In this document: positions 55,266 to 64,000 of the stretch, in pieces
Layout of the letters: each line of letters starts with the position of its first letter
How positions within the stretch are numbered: position 1 is the first letter of the stretch
Source of the DNA: Desulfosoma sp.
GTDB lineage: Bacteria > Desulfobacterota > Syntrophobacteria > Syntrophobacterales > DSM-9756
DNA length: 64,000 bases
NCBI GenBank assembly: GCA_037481835.1
Contig: JBBFKW010000002.1
Location: forward strand, 32,001-96,000
Reading direction: 5' to 3'
Position numbers and translations under genes: made by a program
Notes under the pieces: generated by a model
What the model was told of the DNA's origin: nothing
Database searches by the model: none
What the model saw: only the letters and a program-made list of their open reading frames with translations

Positions 55266-56630
55266 ATGAAGAAGAATTGGATCGTGTGTGTGGCGGTCTT
55301 GGCGGCGGTCGCCCTCGCCATGCCGGCCTTCGCCGTGGATTTCAAGTACGGCGGCTTGTACCGGCTGCGCTGGCAATCCCAGGACAATGTGGCCGACGGC
55401 CAAGACAAGGACAAGGGTGGCTTTGATGACAATGGCAACTGGTTCGACCAGCGGCTCCGCATGCAGTTCACCTTTGTTGCCAGCGAAAACCTCCAGCTGG
55501 TGACCCACTGGGAAGCGGATACCCTGTGGGGGCGTGAATCTCCGGGTGCCGGCCGCCACGGCGGCGGCGACATCGGCGCCGATGCCACCAACTTGGAAAT
55601 GAAGAACGTTTACCTTGAGTTCAACGTGCCCAACACTCCGATGCGGGCCAAACTGGGTGTGCAGGGCGCGACCTTCCTCAAGGGATGGATCTTCGCCGAC
55701 GACTTCTCCGGCGCGGTGGTTTCCACCAAGCTGGATCCCGTGAAGGTCACTCTGGGCTATGTGGCCGCACAGAATACCGATGTGAACACCACCAACGAAA
55801 ACGTGGACGACTTCTTCTTGGCCCTCGACTATGCCAACGGCCCCTTCACGGCGACGTTGGTGGGCTGGTACCAGTATGCACATGACACCAACCTGAGCAC
55901 CTATCCGGATATGTCCACGGGCGTGTTCCGTACGGATCCCACGGCTGTAACGGACAACAACCTCTTCAATCTGGGCCTCAACCTGGGCTACAAGACCGAC
56001 ATGATGGTTCTGGGCCTTACGGGGATCAAGAACTTCGGAAGTTATGATCTCGTGGGCGGCAAGAGCCAGGATTACACCGGCTGGATGCTGGAAGGTACGG
56101 CGGACTTCATGTGGAATGCCTTCACGTTCCACCTGGGCGCCTTCTACACCACCGGGGATGACGACAATGCGGCGGCCTTCGACAACGCCAACGACTACGA
56201 CGCCTTCGCCTACGCCCGCGGCGCTTCCTACTACTGGTCGGAACTCCTGGGCATGGGGCTTTTGGACGTGAGCGTCTCGGGGGCGGATCACCTGAACCCG
56301 GCGAACCAGGGCGCTTATCGTGCAGCCGACGTTCCGTCCAACCTGTGGGCTTTGAACGCCGGCGTGATTTGGCAGGCGCTTCCGGAAACCAAGCTGACCT
56401 TGCAATATTACTATGTGGCGACGGCTGAAGACGTCCTTGCCAATGCCTCGAACGGTGACACGGATGACACCGTCGGCCATGAAATCAACTTCTACCTGAG
56501 CCAAGGCATTGTGGACAAGTTGAACCTGACCCTGGTGGCGGCGTACCTCTTTGCCGATGATGCCTACACCATCTACAAAGACGACGACGACGCCTACGAA
56601 CTGGGTGCCGTGCTGCAGTGGAAATTCTAG
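55266..56630 (+). CDS. Outer-membrane beta-barrel porin, paralog 1
   Basis: Signal peptide (PAFA), amphipathic beta strands, QRLR motif, terminal LQWKF. Confidence 0.88.
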   Translation: MKKNWIVCVAVLAAVALAMPAFAVDFKYGGLYRLRWQSQDNVADGQDKDKGGFDDNGNWFDQRLRMQFTFVASENLQLVTHWEADTLWGRESPGAGRHGGGDIGADATNLEMKNVYLEFNVPNTPMRAKLGVQGATFLKGWIFADDFSGAVVSTKLDPVKVTLGYVAAQNTDVNTTNENVDDFFLALDYANGPFTATLVGWYQYAHDTNLSTYPDMSTGVFRTDPTAVTDNNLFNLGLNLGYKTDMMVLGLTGIKNFGSYDLVGGKSQDYTGWMLEGTADFMWNAFTFHLGAFYTTGDDDNAAAFDNANDYDAFAYARGASYYWSELLGMGLLDVSVSGADHLNPANQGAYRAADVPSNLWALNAGVIWQALPETKLTLQYYYVATAEDVLANASNGDTDDTVGHEINFYLSQGIVDKLNLTLVAAYLFADDAYTIYKDDDDAYELGAVLQWKF

Positions 56631-56670
56631 GAAGGGTTGACGTTACGCGGCCAGCGTAACGCATTCTGGA

Positions 56671-56698
56671 GCGCCCGGGGGGCTTTCCTCCCGGGCGC
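56671..56698 (+). terminator. Hairpin between the porin genes
   Basis: GCGCCCGGGGGG-CTTT-CCTCCCGGGCGC, preceded by a GTTACGC/GCGTAAC hairpin. Confidence 0.55.
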
Positions 56699-56773
56699 CG
56701 TCATTTCAGCCCATAGAGGGTCCTTTAAAAGGACGTCTTTTTATAAAACTCACTTAAGACGGCGAGGGAAACC

Positions 56774-58114
56774 ATGATGAGACGGCTGATGCTGATGGTT
56801 TTGTGCGTTCTCCTGGGATTGGCGGTGTCCCTTCCGGCCCGTGCGGTGGATTTCAAATACGGCGGCATGTATTTCGCCCGCTGGCAGTCCCAGGACAATC
56901 TGACCGACGGAAACGACGATACGGACGACAACGGCAACTGGTTCGATCAGCGCCTGCGCATGTTTTTCACTTTCCAGGGGAGTGAGAAGCTCAAGGTTGT
57001 GACCAAGTGGGAAGCGGACACCCAGTGGGGTCGCGAATCCCAGGGAGCCGGCCGTCACGGCGGGGGCGATATCGGCGCGGACGCGACGAACCTGGAAATG
57101 AAAAACGTGTACCTGGAATTCATGGTGCCGGGCCTCGAAGCGACGGCGACCCTGGGTGTCCAGGGAACGGATATCCTGGGCGGCTGGATTTTCTCCGACG
57201 ATTTTTCCGGGGCCCTGATCAGCAAGACTTTCGATCCCCTGAATGTCAGGGTCGGCTATATTGCTGGTCAGAACCAGAACGTGACGGATGTGTCGGAAAA
57301 CATCGACGACTTCTTCCTGGAGCTTTCCTACGCTCAGGGGCCTTTTTCCGCGACCCTGGTCGGGTTCTACCAGTCTGCGAACAACAACAAGACGAGCCTT
57401 TTCGAAGACTACAACTACGATCAGCCCGTGGACTGGCTGAACGGGCGCGACGTGCGGGGTAACGACCTCATCGACCTGGGACTCAACCTCAGCTACAAGA
57501 CGGACTGGATCAGCGCCTACGTGAATTTCGTCAAAAACTTCGGGAGCTACGACATCGTTGGGGGAGGATCGGGCGACTACAAGGGCTGGATGGTGGAAGC
57601 CCGGGGCGATTTCACGGTGTCCAATTTCGTCCTGAGTGCCGGTGGTTTTTACACCACGGGAGACGACGACCTGAACGACAACGATGTGGACGCTTTTGTC
57701 TATCCCATCGGGCGCTCATTTTACTGGTCTGAAATCCTCGGCCTGGGCACCTTGGACGTCAACTCCTTCGGGTTTGATACCTACAACTCCGTGGGCCAAG
57801 GGGCTTACATGCCCGGAGACGGGCCGTCCAACCTGTGGATGGTCACTGCGGGCTTAAAGTGGCAAGCCCTGGAAGAAACGGCTCTGACTTTCAATTACTA
57901 TTACATCGGAACGGCCGAAAAGGTGGAAAGCGCTCCAGGGAAAAAGGACGATTCCATCGGGCATGAAATCAACTTCTACCTGGACCAGGGCGTTGTGGAC
58001 GGCCTAAGCCTGCGGCTGGTGGCGGCCTATCTCTTTGCCGACGAGGCGTTCAAGACCATCAAGAATGACGACGACGCCTACGAGTTGGGCGCCGTGTTGG
58101 AGTGGGATTTTTAA
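56774..58114 (+). CDS. Outer-membrane beta-barrel porin, paralog 2
   Basis: Signal peptide (PARA), collinear with paralog 1, terminal LEWDF. Confidence 0.88.
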   Translation: MMRRLMLMVLCVLLGLAVSLPARAVDFKYGGMYFARWQSQDNLTDGNDDTDDNGNWFDQRLRMFFTFQGSEKLKVVTKWEADTQWGRESQGAGRHGGGDIGADATNLEMKNVYLEFMVPGLEATATLGVQGTDILGGWIFSDDFSGALISKTFDPLNVRVGYIAGQNQNVTDVSENIDDFFLELSYAQGPFSATLVGFYQSANNNKTSLFEDYNYDQPVDWLNGRDVRGNDLIDLGLNLSYKTDWISAYVNFVKNFGSYDIVGGGSGDYKGWMVEARGDFTVSNFVLSAGGFYTTGDDDLNDNDVDAFVYPIGRSFYWSEILGLGTLDVNSFGFDTYNSVGQGAYMPGDGPSNLWMVTAGLKWQALEETALTFNYYYIGTAEKVESAPGKKDDSIGHEINFYLDQGVVDGLSLRLVAAYLFADEAFKTIKNDDDAYELGAVLEWDF

Positions 58115-58146
58115 GTTTGTGAGCATGTCGAACGTTTGAAATGAAA

Positions 58147-58179
58147 GAACCCGGGGGAGACCCCGGGTTTTCTATTTTT
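58147..58179. terminator. Intrinsic terminator between porin 2 and the eRF1-like gene
   Basis: AACCCGGGG-GAGA-CCCCGGGTT followed by TTCTATTTTT. Confidence 0.78.
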
Positions 58180-58200
58180 GCGGGGCCGTGCCCTGGGGCA

Positions 58201-59364
58201 TCAGCGCAGGAAGGCCCCGAGCGGGCCGTCTTTTCGCAAGGCGTCCTTGGCGCCGTCGGCGCCGATCTCTTCCACCTTTCCCCCAAGGGCGAGCACCCGG
58301 TCGCAGGCCGCCCACACCACATCGTCCATTTCCTGCAAGGATCCCGAACAGTAAGGGCACGCTTCCCGAGCGGGCGCATGATCCAAGAGGACATCGCACG
58401 CGGGGCAGTGCCACCCGGATGCCGAAAAGCCCGTCGGGACCAAAATCTGATACACGCGGCCTTGGTTGACGGCATCGAGCACGGCGTCGAGGCCCAAAAC
58501 GGCTTTCGGCGATTCGGCCTGGGCTTTGCGGGCCGCGGTGATGCATTCGTCCACCAGGTCCTTTTCCCGCTCGGCGTCCAGCTCCTGAAGGACGGGTGTG
58601 ACGACGTCCATGAGTTCCTTGGCTTTGGCCGTGACCGGCGCCCGGACCCGCGCCGCGACCCGTGCCAAGACCCCCTTGGGAAGGATGCGCTTGAGTTCCG
58701 CGGTGACTTCTTCGGGGCCCGCCAGCACCACGCGGTCGATCCCGTGCTCTTCGATCATATCGTGCAGGCTATCGGCCACCTCCTTCAAGAACCAATGGCT
58801 CCACGTGGCCGCCCGACGCTGGAAAACCATCTGGGACCTCATGTGATCGGTTCCGGCGGTGGAACGATGTCGCACGGCGGGCGTCTGAAAGGCCTCCTCC
58901 ACTTCCTCCACTTCCCCCATGGAAGCCACGAGCAATCGCGCTTTTTCCCGGTCGACGACGACGATTCCCGTGCGCTCGTATTCCTTCCAGGCGTCCAGCA
59001 GAGGGCGGATATACGCGCGCCGTTCATACCAGGCCCCGTTGGGCAGCCGCACGGGAAGGTCCTCGTGATAGGTGTAGCCTTCGGAGACATCGCAAAAGAG
59101 CACGAGGCTCTTTCCGCGGGGAATGTGGAGCGAGACCTGGTTTCGCACCCACTGGGCGTCCTCTTGGAAATGTTCGGCCGCCTGAGGGTTTTCCAGGGCG
59201 GCTTCCAGGTCCCTGAGCATTTGTTCCAAGACCAGCTTGTGGGCGCCGCGGCGGCTGGCGCGCACCTGCGGGTCCAGGTTGAGATACACGCTGAGAATCC
59301 ACGATCCTTCGGGAGCACGACGGCGGGCCAAGCTTTCCAGGGCACTGGGATGGAGCGCTTTCAT
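58201..59364 (-). CDS. Bacterial archaeo-eukaryotic release factor 1 homolog (baeRF10-like) with Zn ribbon
   Basis: ILSVYLNLDP, YIRPLL, VVVDREKARL, VVLAGP, AVLGLDAVLDAVNQGRV, CPAC..CPYC, GPLGAFLR; AAGGAGG RBS. Confidence 0.85.
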   Translation of the reverse strand: MKALHPSALESLARRRAPEGSWILSVYLNLDPQVRASRRGAHKLVLEQMLRDLEAALENPQAAEHFQEDAQWVRNQVSLHIPRGKSLVLFCDVSEGYTYHEDLPVRLPNGAWYERRAYIRPLLDAWKEYERTGIVVVDREKARLLVASMGEVEEVEEAFQTPAVRHRSTAGTDHMRSQMVFQRRAATWSHWFLKEVADSLHDMIEEHGIDRVVLAGPEEVTAELKRILPKGVLARVAARVRAPVTAKAKELMDVVTPVLQELDAEREKDLVDECITAARKAQAESPKAVLGLDAVLDAVNQGRVYQILVPTGFSASGWHCPACDVLLDHAPAREACPYCSGSLQEMDDVVWAACDRVLALGGKVEEIGADGAKDALRKDGPLGAFLR

Positions 59365-59570
59365 AGAGGACCTCCTTGCATCATGGCTGGGGGCTCAAAG
59401 AGCGCGGCCTGTCTTCCGAGCCGCCTTGGAAAACGGGTTTTCATTACACATTGTCACTCACGCCGCCCATGGGGTCAAGGCGCCGAGGTCGGGGAAAAAC
59501 GGCGTGGACCTCTCAGGCGGCGACAGGATGGGATGCGCAGAGGGAGGCGTATGAAGCATTTGGGCGCCAT

Positions 59571-59599
59571 AAAAAAGCACGGGACGGAGCCCGTGCTTT
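59571..59599 (-). terminator. Intrinsic terminator after the small membrane protein gene
   Basis: Minus strand AAAGCACGGG-loop-CCCGTGCTTTTTT. Confidence 0.75.
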
Positions 59600-59645
59600 C
59601 GGCGTCTTCAAAACGGGACGGAACGCGCTCGAAGGAGTCCCTGGG

Positions 59646-59843
59646 TCACGAGAGAAATTTTTGTTTGATCTTGTCCCACGGGGCGAAGGCGGCGAGAAGG
59701 CCTGCGGAAATGAGGTAAAAAGCAATGATGGATGCGGGAAAGGTCAGGTAGAGGAGCGCGTAGACGGGGAAGAGAACCGCGAGGGACACGGCGATCTTGG
59801 CCGCGGGTTCGATCCATTTGCCGGTTTCTTGTCTTTGGTCCAT
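59646..59843 (-). CDS. Small two-TM membrane protein
   Basis: 65 aa, two hydrophobic segments, basic tail, GGAG RBS, own terminator. Confidence 0.62.
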   Translation of the reverse strand: MDQRQETGKWIEPAAKIAVSLAVLFPVYALLYLTFPASIIAFYLISAGLLAAFAPWDKIKQKFLS

Positions 59844-60080
59844 GGGCCCACTCCGTCGCTGGATAAAGGGGACATAAGGGGGGACACATCGTCCTTTTTC
59901 TTTCTCAATCCGTTGCGGTTTTTTTATTACCCGACGGGCCTCTTTTTTTCAAGGCCCAAGGTGCCGGCCTCGACCTTTTTTTCACAACATCTGTGCCATG
60001 GCTCCCGTGGAGGCCCGTGGGGCCGGCGGCGAAGGTCCAGGTCGCGGGCCGTTAACCTTTGAGACTTCCCAAGTTTTTGT

Positions 60081-60116
60081 TTGCTCCTTCCGGTCGCTTT
60101 GTGTATAGTTGCACAT
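60081..60116 (+). promoter_or_regulatory. Sigma70 promoter of qmo overlapped by a Rex-like operator
   Basis: TTGCTC-N17-TATAGT; TTGTGTATAGTTGCACAT (60099-60116) resembles TTGTGAA-N4-TTCACAA. Confidence 0.6.
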
Positions 60117-60230
60117 GATGCGCCCCGAGTTTCCGCATCGACCTACGGCGCGCCCCATTCCGCGGAGGCACTCCCTGCCCAGGCTCTCGAGGGTTCACGG
60201 GACATCTTTCATATACCGAGGAGGATGAGC

Positions 60231-61493
60231 ATGGCAAACACGGTGACACAAAGCATCATGGTGGTCGGAGGCGGCATGAGCGGATTGAGTGCCGCGGTGG
60301 AAGCCGCCGAGGCGGGCTACGAGGTCTTCCTGGTGGAGAAAAACCCCTACCTGGGAGGGCGTGTGGCGCAGCTGCACCAGTATTTCCCCAAACTGTGCCC
60401 TCCGTACTGCGGCTTGGAAATCAACTTCCGTCGCATCAAGGACAATCCCAGGGTCAAAGTGTTCACCATGGCGGAAGTGACCGCCATCCGCGGGGTGGAA
60501 GGAGACTTTGACGTGACGGTCAAGATCAGCCCGCGCTACGTCAACGAAAAGTGCACGGGCTGCGGCAAGTGCGCCGAGGCGTGCACGCTGGAAATCCAGA
60601 ATCCCTTCAACTACAACATGGACACCGTCAAGGCCGCTTATCTTCCCCATGACATGGCCTTCCCCATGCGCTACGTGTTGGACCCCTCTTTGGTGAAAAG
60701 CGCCGAAGCCCAAAAGGTCAAAGAGGCCTGTCCTTATGATGCCATCGAATTGGACATGGCGGAAAAGACGCTGGAACTCAAGGTGGGAAGCATTGTGTGG
60801 GCTACGGGGTGGAAGCCTTACGACGTCAAGAAGCTGGAAAACTACGGCGCGGGCGCCTTTGCCAACGTCATTACCAACGTTCAGATGGAACGGCTGGCGG
60901 CGTGGAACGGGCCGACCCAGGGGAAAATCCTTCGCCCCTCCGACGGCCAAGCCCCGAAGACCGTAGCCTTCGTCCAGTGCGCCGGGTCACGGGACCAAAA
61001 TCATCTGCCGTTTTGCTCCGGCATCTGCTGCCTCGCCTCATTGAAACAAGCGACCTACGTGCGGGAACAGATCCCCGACGCCACCATTTATTTCTTCTAC
61101 ATCGACGTGCGGGCGACGGACCGACTGGAAGATTTCGTCAACCGGGTCAAGGCCGACGACAAACTCGTCTTTTTCAAGGGCAAAGTGGCCAAGATCACGG
61201 AAGACGGCGCCAGCAAGAATCTGGTCTGCCGCGTGGAAAACACCATGACCGAAGAGCTCCATGAAATTCCGGTGGATCTGGTGGTGCTGGCGACCGGCAT
61301 GCAGCCCAACACATCCGAAACGCCGCTGCCCACGCCGGTTCCCTACGACGAATACGGTTTTGTGGCGTCCATGGACGCCATGCCGGGCATCTATGCAGCA
61401 GGCACGACCCGGACTCCGTGCAATGTGGCCGAATCCGTCGCCGACGGCACGGCAGCCGCTCTCAAAGCCATTCAATCCGTCGTGAGGAGGTAG
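60231..61493 (+). CDS. qmoA: QmoA (HdrA-like flavoprotein)
   Basis: GGGMSG, YFPKLCPPYCGLE, QCAGSRD..CSGICCLAS; GAGGAGG RBS. Confidence 0.93.
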   Translation: MANTVTQSIMVVGGGMSGLSAAVEAAEAGYEVFLVEKNPYLGGRVAQLHQYFPKLCPPYCGLEINFRRIKDNPRVKVFTMAEVTAIRGVEGDFDVTVKISPRYVNEKCTGCGKCAEACTLEIQNPFNYNMDTVKAAYLPHDMAFPMRYVLDPSLVKSAEAQKVKEACPYDAIELDMAEKTLELKVGSIVWATGWKPYDVKKLENYGAGAFANVITNVQMERLAAWNGPTQGKILRPSDGQAPKTVAFVQCAGSRDQNHLPFCSGICCLASLKQATYVREQIPDATIYFFYIDVRATDRLEDFVNRVKADDKLVFFKGKVAKITEDGASKNLVCRVENTMTEELHEIPVDLVVLATGMQPNTSETPLPTPVPYDEYGFVASMDAMPGIYAAGTTRTPCNVAESVADGTAAALKAIQSVVRR

Positions 61494-61497
61494 CTCA

Positions 61498-63738
61498 ATG
61501 GATAAGAAGCTTGCCACGTATATTTGTACCGGATGCGGCATCGGCGAGGCCCTGGACATAGAGCAGCTGTCCAAGGTGGCCCAAAAGGAATGCAAGGCCG
61601 CCTTGGTGAAAACCCATGCCTGCCTGTGCGGCCAGGACGGCGTCGCCATGCTCAAGGCGGACATCCAAAACGAGGGCGTCAACTGCCTGATGATTGCGGC
61701 CTGTTCCCCCCGGGTGATGTACGACGTCTTCCGTTTCGACGGCTGCCTGGTGGATCGGGTGAACCTGCGGGAGCAGGTGGCTTGGAGCCAAAAGCCCGGC
61801 GATGAAGACACGCAGATGATGGCCGAAGACTACCTGCGCATGTCCGCGGCCAAGATCGGCAAGATGGACCCGCCGGAACCGTACAAGCCGGAAGAGGAGA
61901 TTTCCAAGGACATCCTGATTGTCGGGGGCGGTGTGGCCGGGCTGACGGCGGCCAAGGAAGTGTCCCGGGCCGGCTACAAGGCCGTGCTCGTGGAACGGGA
62001 AAAAGAGCTGGGCGGGTTCCAGCGAAAGGTGGCCAAAATCGCCACGTTCCCATACAAGGGTTTGAAGGACAACGATGTGGAAGCCCTGGTTCAAGAGGTT
62101 TCCAAGGATGGGAACGTCACCGTTTACACGGGCGCTAAAATCGAAAAGACCGTGGGCGGCCCCGGTGTCTTCAAGGTGACCATCGCCCAAAACGGCGCCG
62201 TCAAGGAACACAAAGTGGGCGCCATCGTCATGGCCGCCGGCTGGAAACCTTATGACCCGAGCCAGCTCGATCCCAAGCTGGGATACGGACAGTCCCCCAA
62301 CGTGATCACCAACGTCCAGTTTGAAGAAATGGCCAAAAACGGCGGCGTAAAACGCCCCAGCGACGGCGCGGTGCCGAACAATGTGGCCTTCTTGCAGTGC
62401 GCCGGGCAGCGCGATCCGGAAAAGCTCCCCTATTGTTCTTCGGTGTGCTGCACGACGAGCCTCAAGCAGGCGATTTTCATCAAGGAGACGAACCCCGAAG
62501 CCAACGTTTACATCTTCTTCAAGGAAATGAGGACCCCGGGACAGGCCGAAGACCTCTACAGGAAGGCCCAGGAAGAAGGGGTCATTTTCATCCGGTGCCA
62601 GGATCCTCAGGTGAAGGCATCGGGGGCGTCCGTCACCGTGGAAGCCCTGGACGACCTCCTGGGCGATACGGTGCTGCTGGAAGATTTGGATCTGGTGGTT
62701 CTGGCCACGGGGATGGTGCCGGTGACGGCCTTCGGGGAAGACTATGCGCAGGTGCGGGCGCGCCTGAGGGCGGGGGAAACGGAACAGAAGAAGGAAGAAG
62801 AAGAGCTGGAAGTGCCGCAGGACGCCATCCTGGTTTCCGACATCCTCAATTTGGAATACCGCCAGGGGCCGGAACTTCCCGGGTTGCGTTACGGTTTTCC
62901 CGATTCCCACTTCATCTGCTTCCCCTACGAAACCCGGCGGACGGGCATCTACGCCGCCGGCTGCGTGCGCCGTCCCATGGGGGTTGCGGCGGCCTTTGAA
63001 GACGGCGCCGGTGCGGCCATGAAGGCCATTCAGTGTGTGGAAATGGTGAGCCAAGGCAAGGCCGTGCATCCTCGGGCCGGGGATATGAGCTTCCCCGAAT
63101 TCTTCATGCAGCGCTGCACCCAGTGCAAGCGATGCACGGAAGAGTGTCCTTTCGGCGCCATCAACGAAGACGAAAAAGGCAATCCCTTGCCCCAGCCTAC
63201 CCGATGCCGCCGCTGCGGCGTGTGCATGGGCGCTTGCCCGGAACGGATCATCTCCTTCAAGAACTACTCCGTGGGCATGATCGGCGATATCATCAAGTCC
63301 ATCGAGGTTCCCGAAGAAGACGAGGAAAAACCGCGCATTGTCGTCCTGGCGTGTGAAAACGACGCCTACCCGGCTCTCGATATGGCGGGGTTGCGGCGCA
63401 TGACCTACAACGCGTGGGTGCGGGTCATCCCCATGCGTTGTCTGGGCTCCATGAACCTCATCTTCATCGCCGACGCCCTGTCCAAGGGCATTGACGGCGT
63501 GCTGCTCCTGGGGTGCAAGTACGGCGACGACTACCAATGCCACTTCGTCAAGGGATCGGAACTGGCCAACATCCGGCTGAGCAAGGTCAAGGAAACCCTG
63601 GACCGCCTGGTGCTGGAATCGGACCGGGTGCGTTTCGAAACGGTGGCCATTTCGGATTACGACAAGCTGCCTAAAATTTTGGATGATTTCGCGGAAACCC
63701 TGGAAGGCGTGGGGCCGAACCCATACAAGGGATTCTAA
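61498..63738 (+). CDS. qmoB: QmoB (HdrA-like, ferredoxin and MvhD domains)
   Basis: YICTGC, FPDSHFICFPYETRRTGIY, CTQCKRCTEECP, CENDAYPA, GCKYGDDYQCHF. Confidence 0.95.
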   Translation: MDKKLATYICTGCGIGEALDIEQLSKVAQKECKAALVKTHACLCGQDGVAMLKADIQNEGVNCLMIAACSPRVMYDVFRFDGCLVDRVNLREQVAWSQKPGDEDTQMMAEDYLRMSAAKIGKMDPPEPYKPEEEISKDILIVGGGVAGLTAAKEVSRAGYKAVLVEREKELGGFQRKVAKIATFPYKGLKDNDVEALVQEVSKDGNVTVYTGAKIEKTVGGPGVFKVTIAQNGAVKEHKVGAIVMAAGWKPYDPSQLDPKLGYGQSPNVITNVQFEEMAKNGGVKRPSDGAVPNNVAFLQCAGQRDPEKLPYCSSVCCTTSLKQAIFIKETNPEANVYIFFKEMRTPGQAEDLYRKAQEEGVIFIRCQDPQVKASGASVTVEALDDLLGDTVLLEDLDLVVLATGMVPVTAFGEDYAQVRARLRAGETEQKKEEEELEVPQDAILVSDILNLEYRQGPELPGLRYGFPDSHFICFPYETRRTGIYAAGCVRRPMGVAAAFEDGAGAAMKAIQCVEMVSQGKAVHPRAGDMSFPEFFMQRCTQCKRCTEECPFGAINEDEKGNPLPQPTRCRRCGVCMGACPERIISFKNYSVGMIGDIIKSIEVPEEDEEKPRIVVLACENDAYPALDMAGLRRMTYNAWVRVIPMRCLGSMNLIFIADALSKGIDGVLLLGCKYGDDYQCHFVKGSELANIRLSKVKETLDRLVLESDRVRFETVAISDYDKLPKILDDFAETLEGVGPNPYKGF

Positions 63739-63779
63739 GTGGTGCGCCCAAAGGACGATCAAAGCGAGGAGGCCTGAGG

Positions 63780-64000
63780 ATGAGTATCAAGGTGGATCCG
63801 AACTTGATGAAGGATCTGAAGCACTTCGGGTTGAAGGATGCCAGCAAGTGCTTCCATTGCGGGAACTGCACCGCCGTGTGCCCGCTTTCGGAAACGGGGA
63901 CGCCTTTCCCGCGCAAGCTGGTCAAATACGCGCAAATGGGGCTGAAGGACAAGATCCTCCAGTCCACGGAACCTTGGCTGTGCTACTACTGCGGCACCTG
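63780..64000 (+). CDS. qmoC: QmoC/HdrC-like 4Fe-4S subunit (partial, runs off the window)
   Basis: MSIKVDP..KCFHCGNCTAVCPLS..FPRK..WLCYYCGT. Confidence 0.82.
   Translation, partial: MSIKVDPNLMKDLKHFGLKDASKCFHCGNCTAVCPLSETGTPFPRKLVKYAQMGLKDKILQSTEPWLCYYCGT

Noticed and set aside
55266..58114. Porin pair as a recent duplication or gene-conversion cassette system
   Set aside because: Many synonymous differences even in conserved blocks; both genes intact; no recombinase nearby
60231..63738. Selenocysteine recoding in QmoA/QmoB
   Set aside because: Both frames are open with Cys codons and no in-frame TGA
61495..63762. 755-aa minus-strand ORF
   Set aside because: Antisense shadow of qmoB

Overview
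GC-rich chromosomal window from a sulfate-reducing deltaproteobacterium (Syntrophobacterales-like, inferred from gene content). 1-4.2 kb: end of a chemotaxis operon (cheB', cheY, an atypical cheA, an atypical cheZ). 4.3-6.8 kb: a diguanylate cyclase translationally coupled to a small Cys-rich protein, and a DVU0524-like gene plus flgM. 7-44 kb: a nearly complete minus-strand flagellar cluster without fliC/fliD/fliS. It has two motB, two fliL, a motE-like gene, an AMIN/TPR protein and a pseudo-receiver sigma54 activator. Five sigma54 promoters lie in this cluster and a sixth lies before the cyclase operon; a recurrent GTCA-N6-TGAC palindrome is a candidate activator site. 44-60 kb: U32 protein, SYLF protein, glycosyltransferase, bioY-ECF transporter with a BirA box, lipid A acyltransferase, FG-GAP protein, two tandem porins and an eRF1-like protein. 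Three intergenic patches hold REP hairpins, IS5-like miniature elements and an unassigned structured motif. 60-64 kb: stand-alone qmoAB and a partial qmoC behind a Rex-like box. I saw no rRNA, tRNA, CRISPR array or transposase. Strongest leads: an MshEN-like domain replacing P2 in CheA next to a sigma54-driven cyclase, a His-less Hpt-CheZ fusion, a FlgE with an acidic insert at an unusual position, and composite MITE/REP elements. All calls are by-eye motif recognition; no searches were run.
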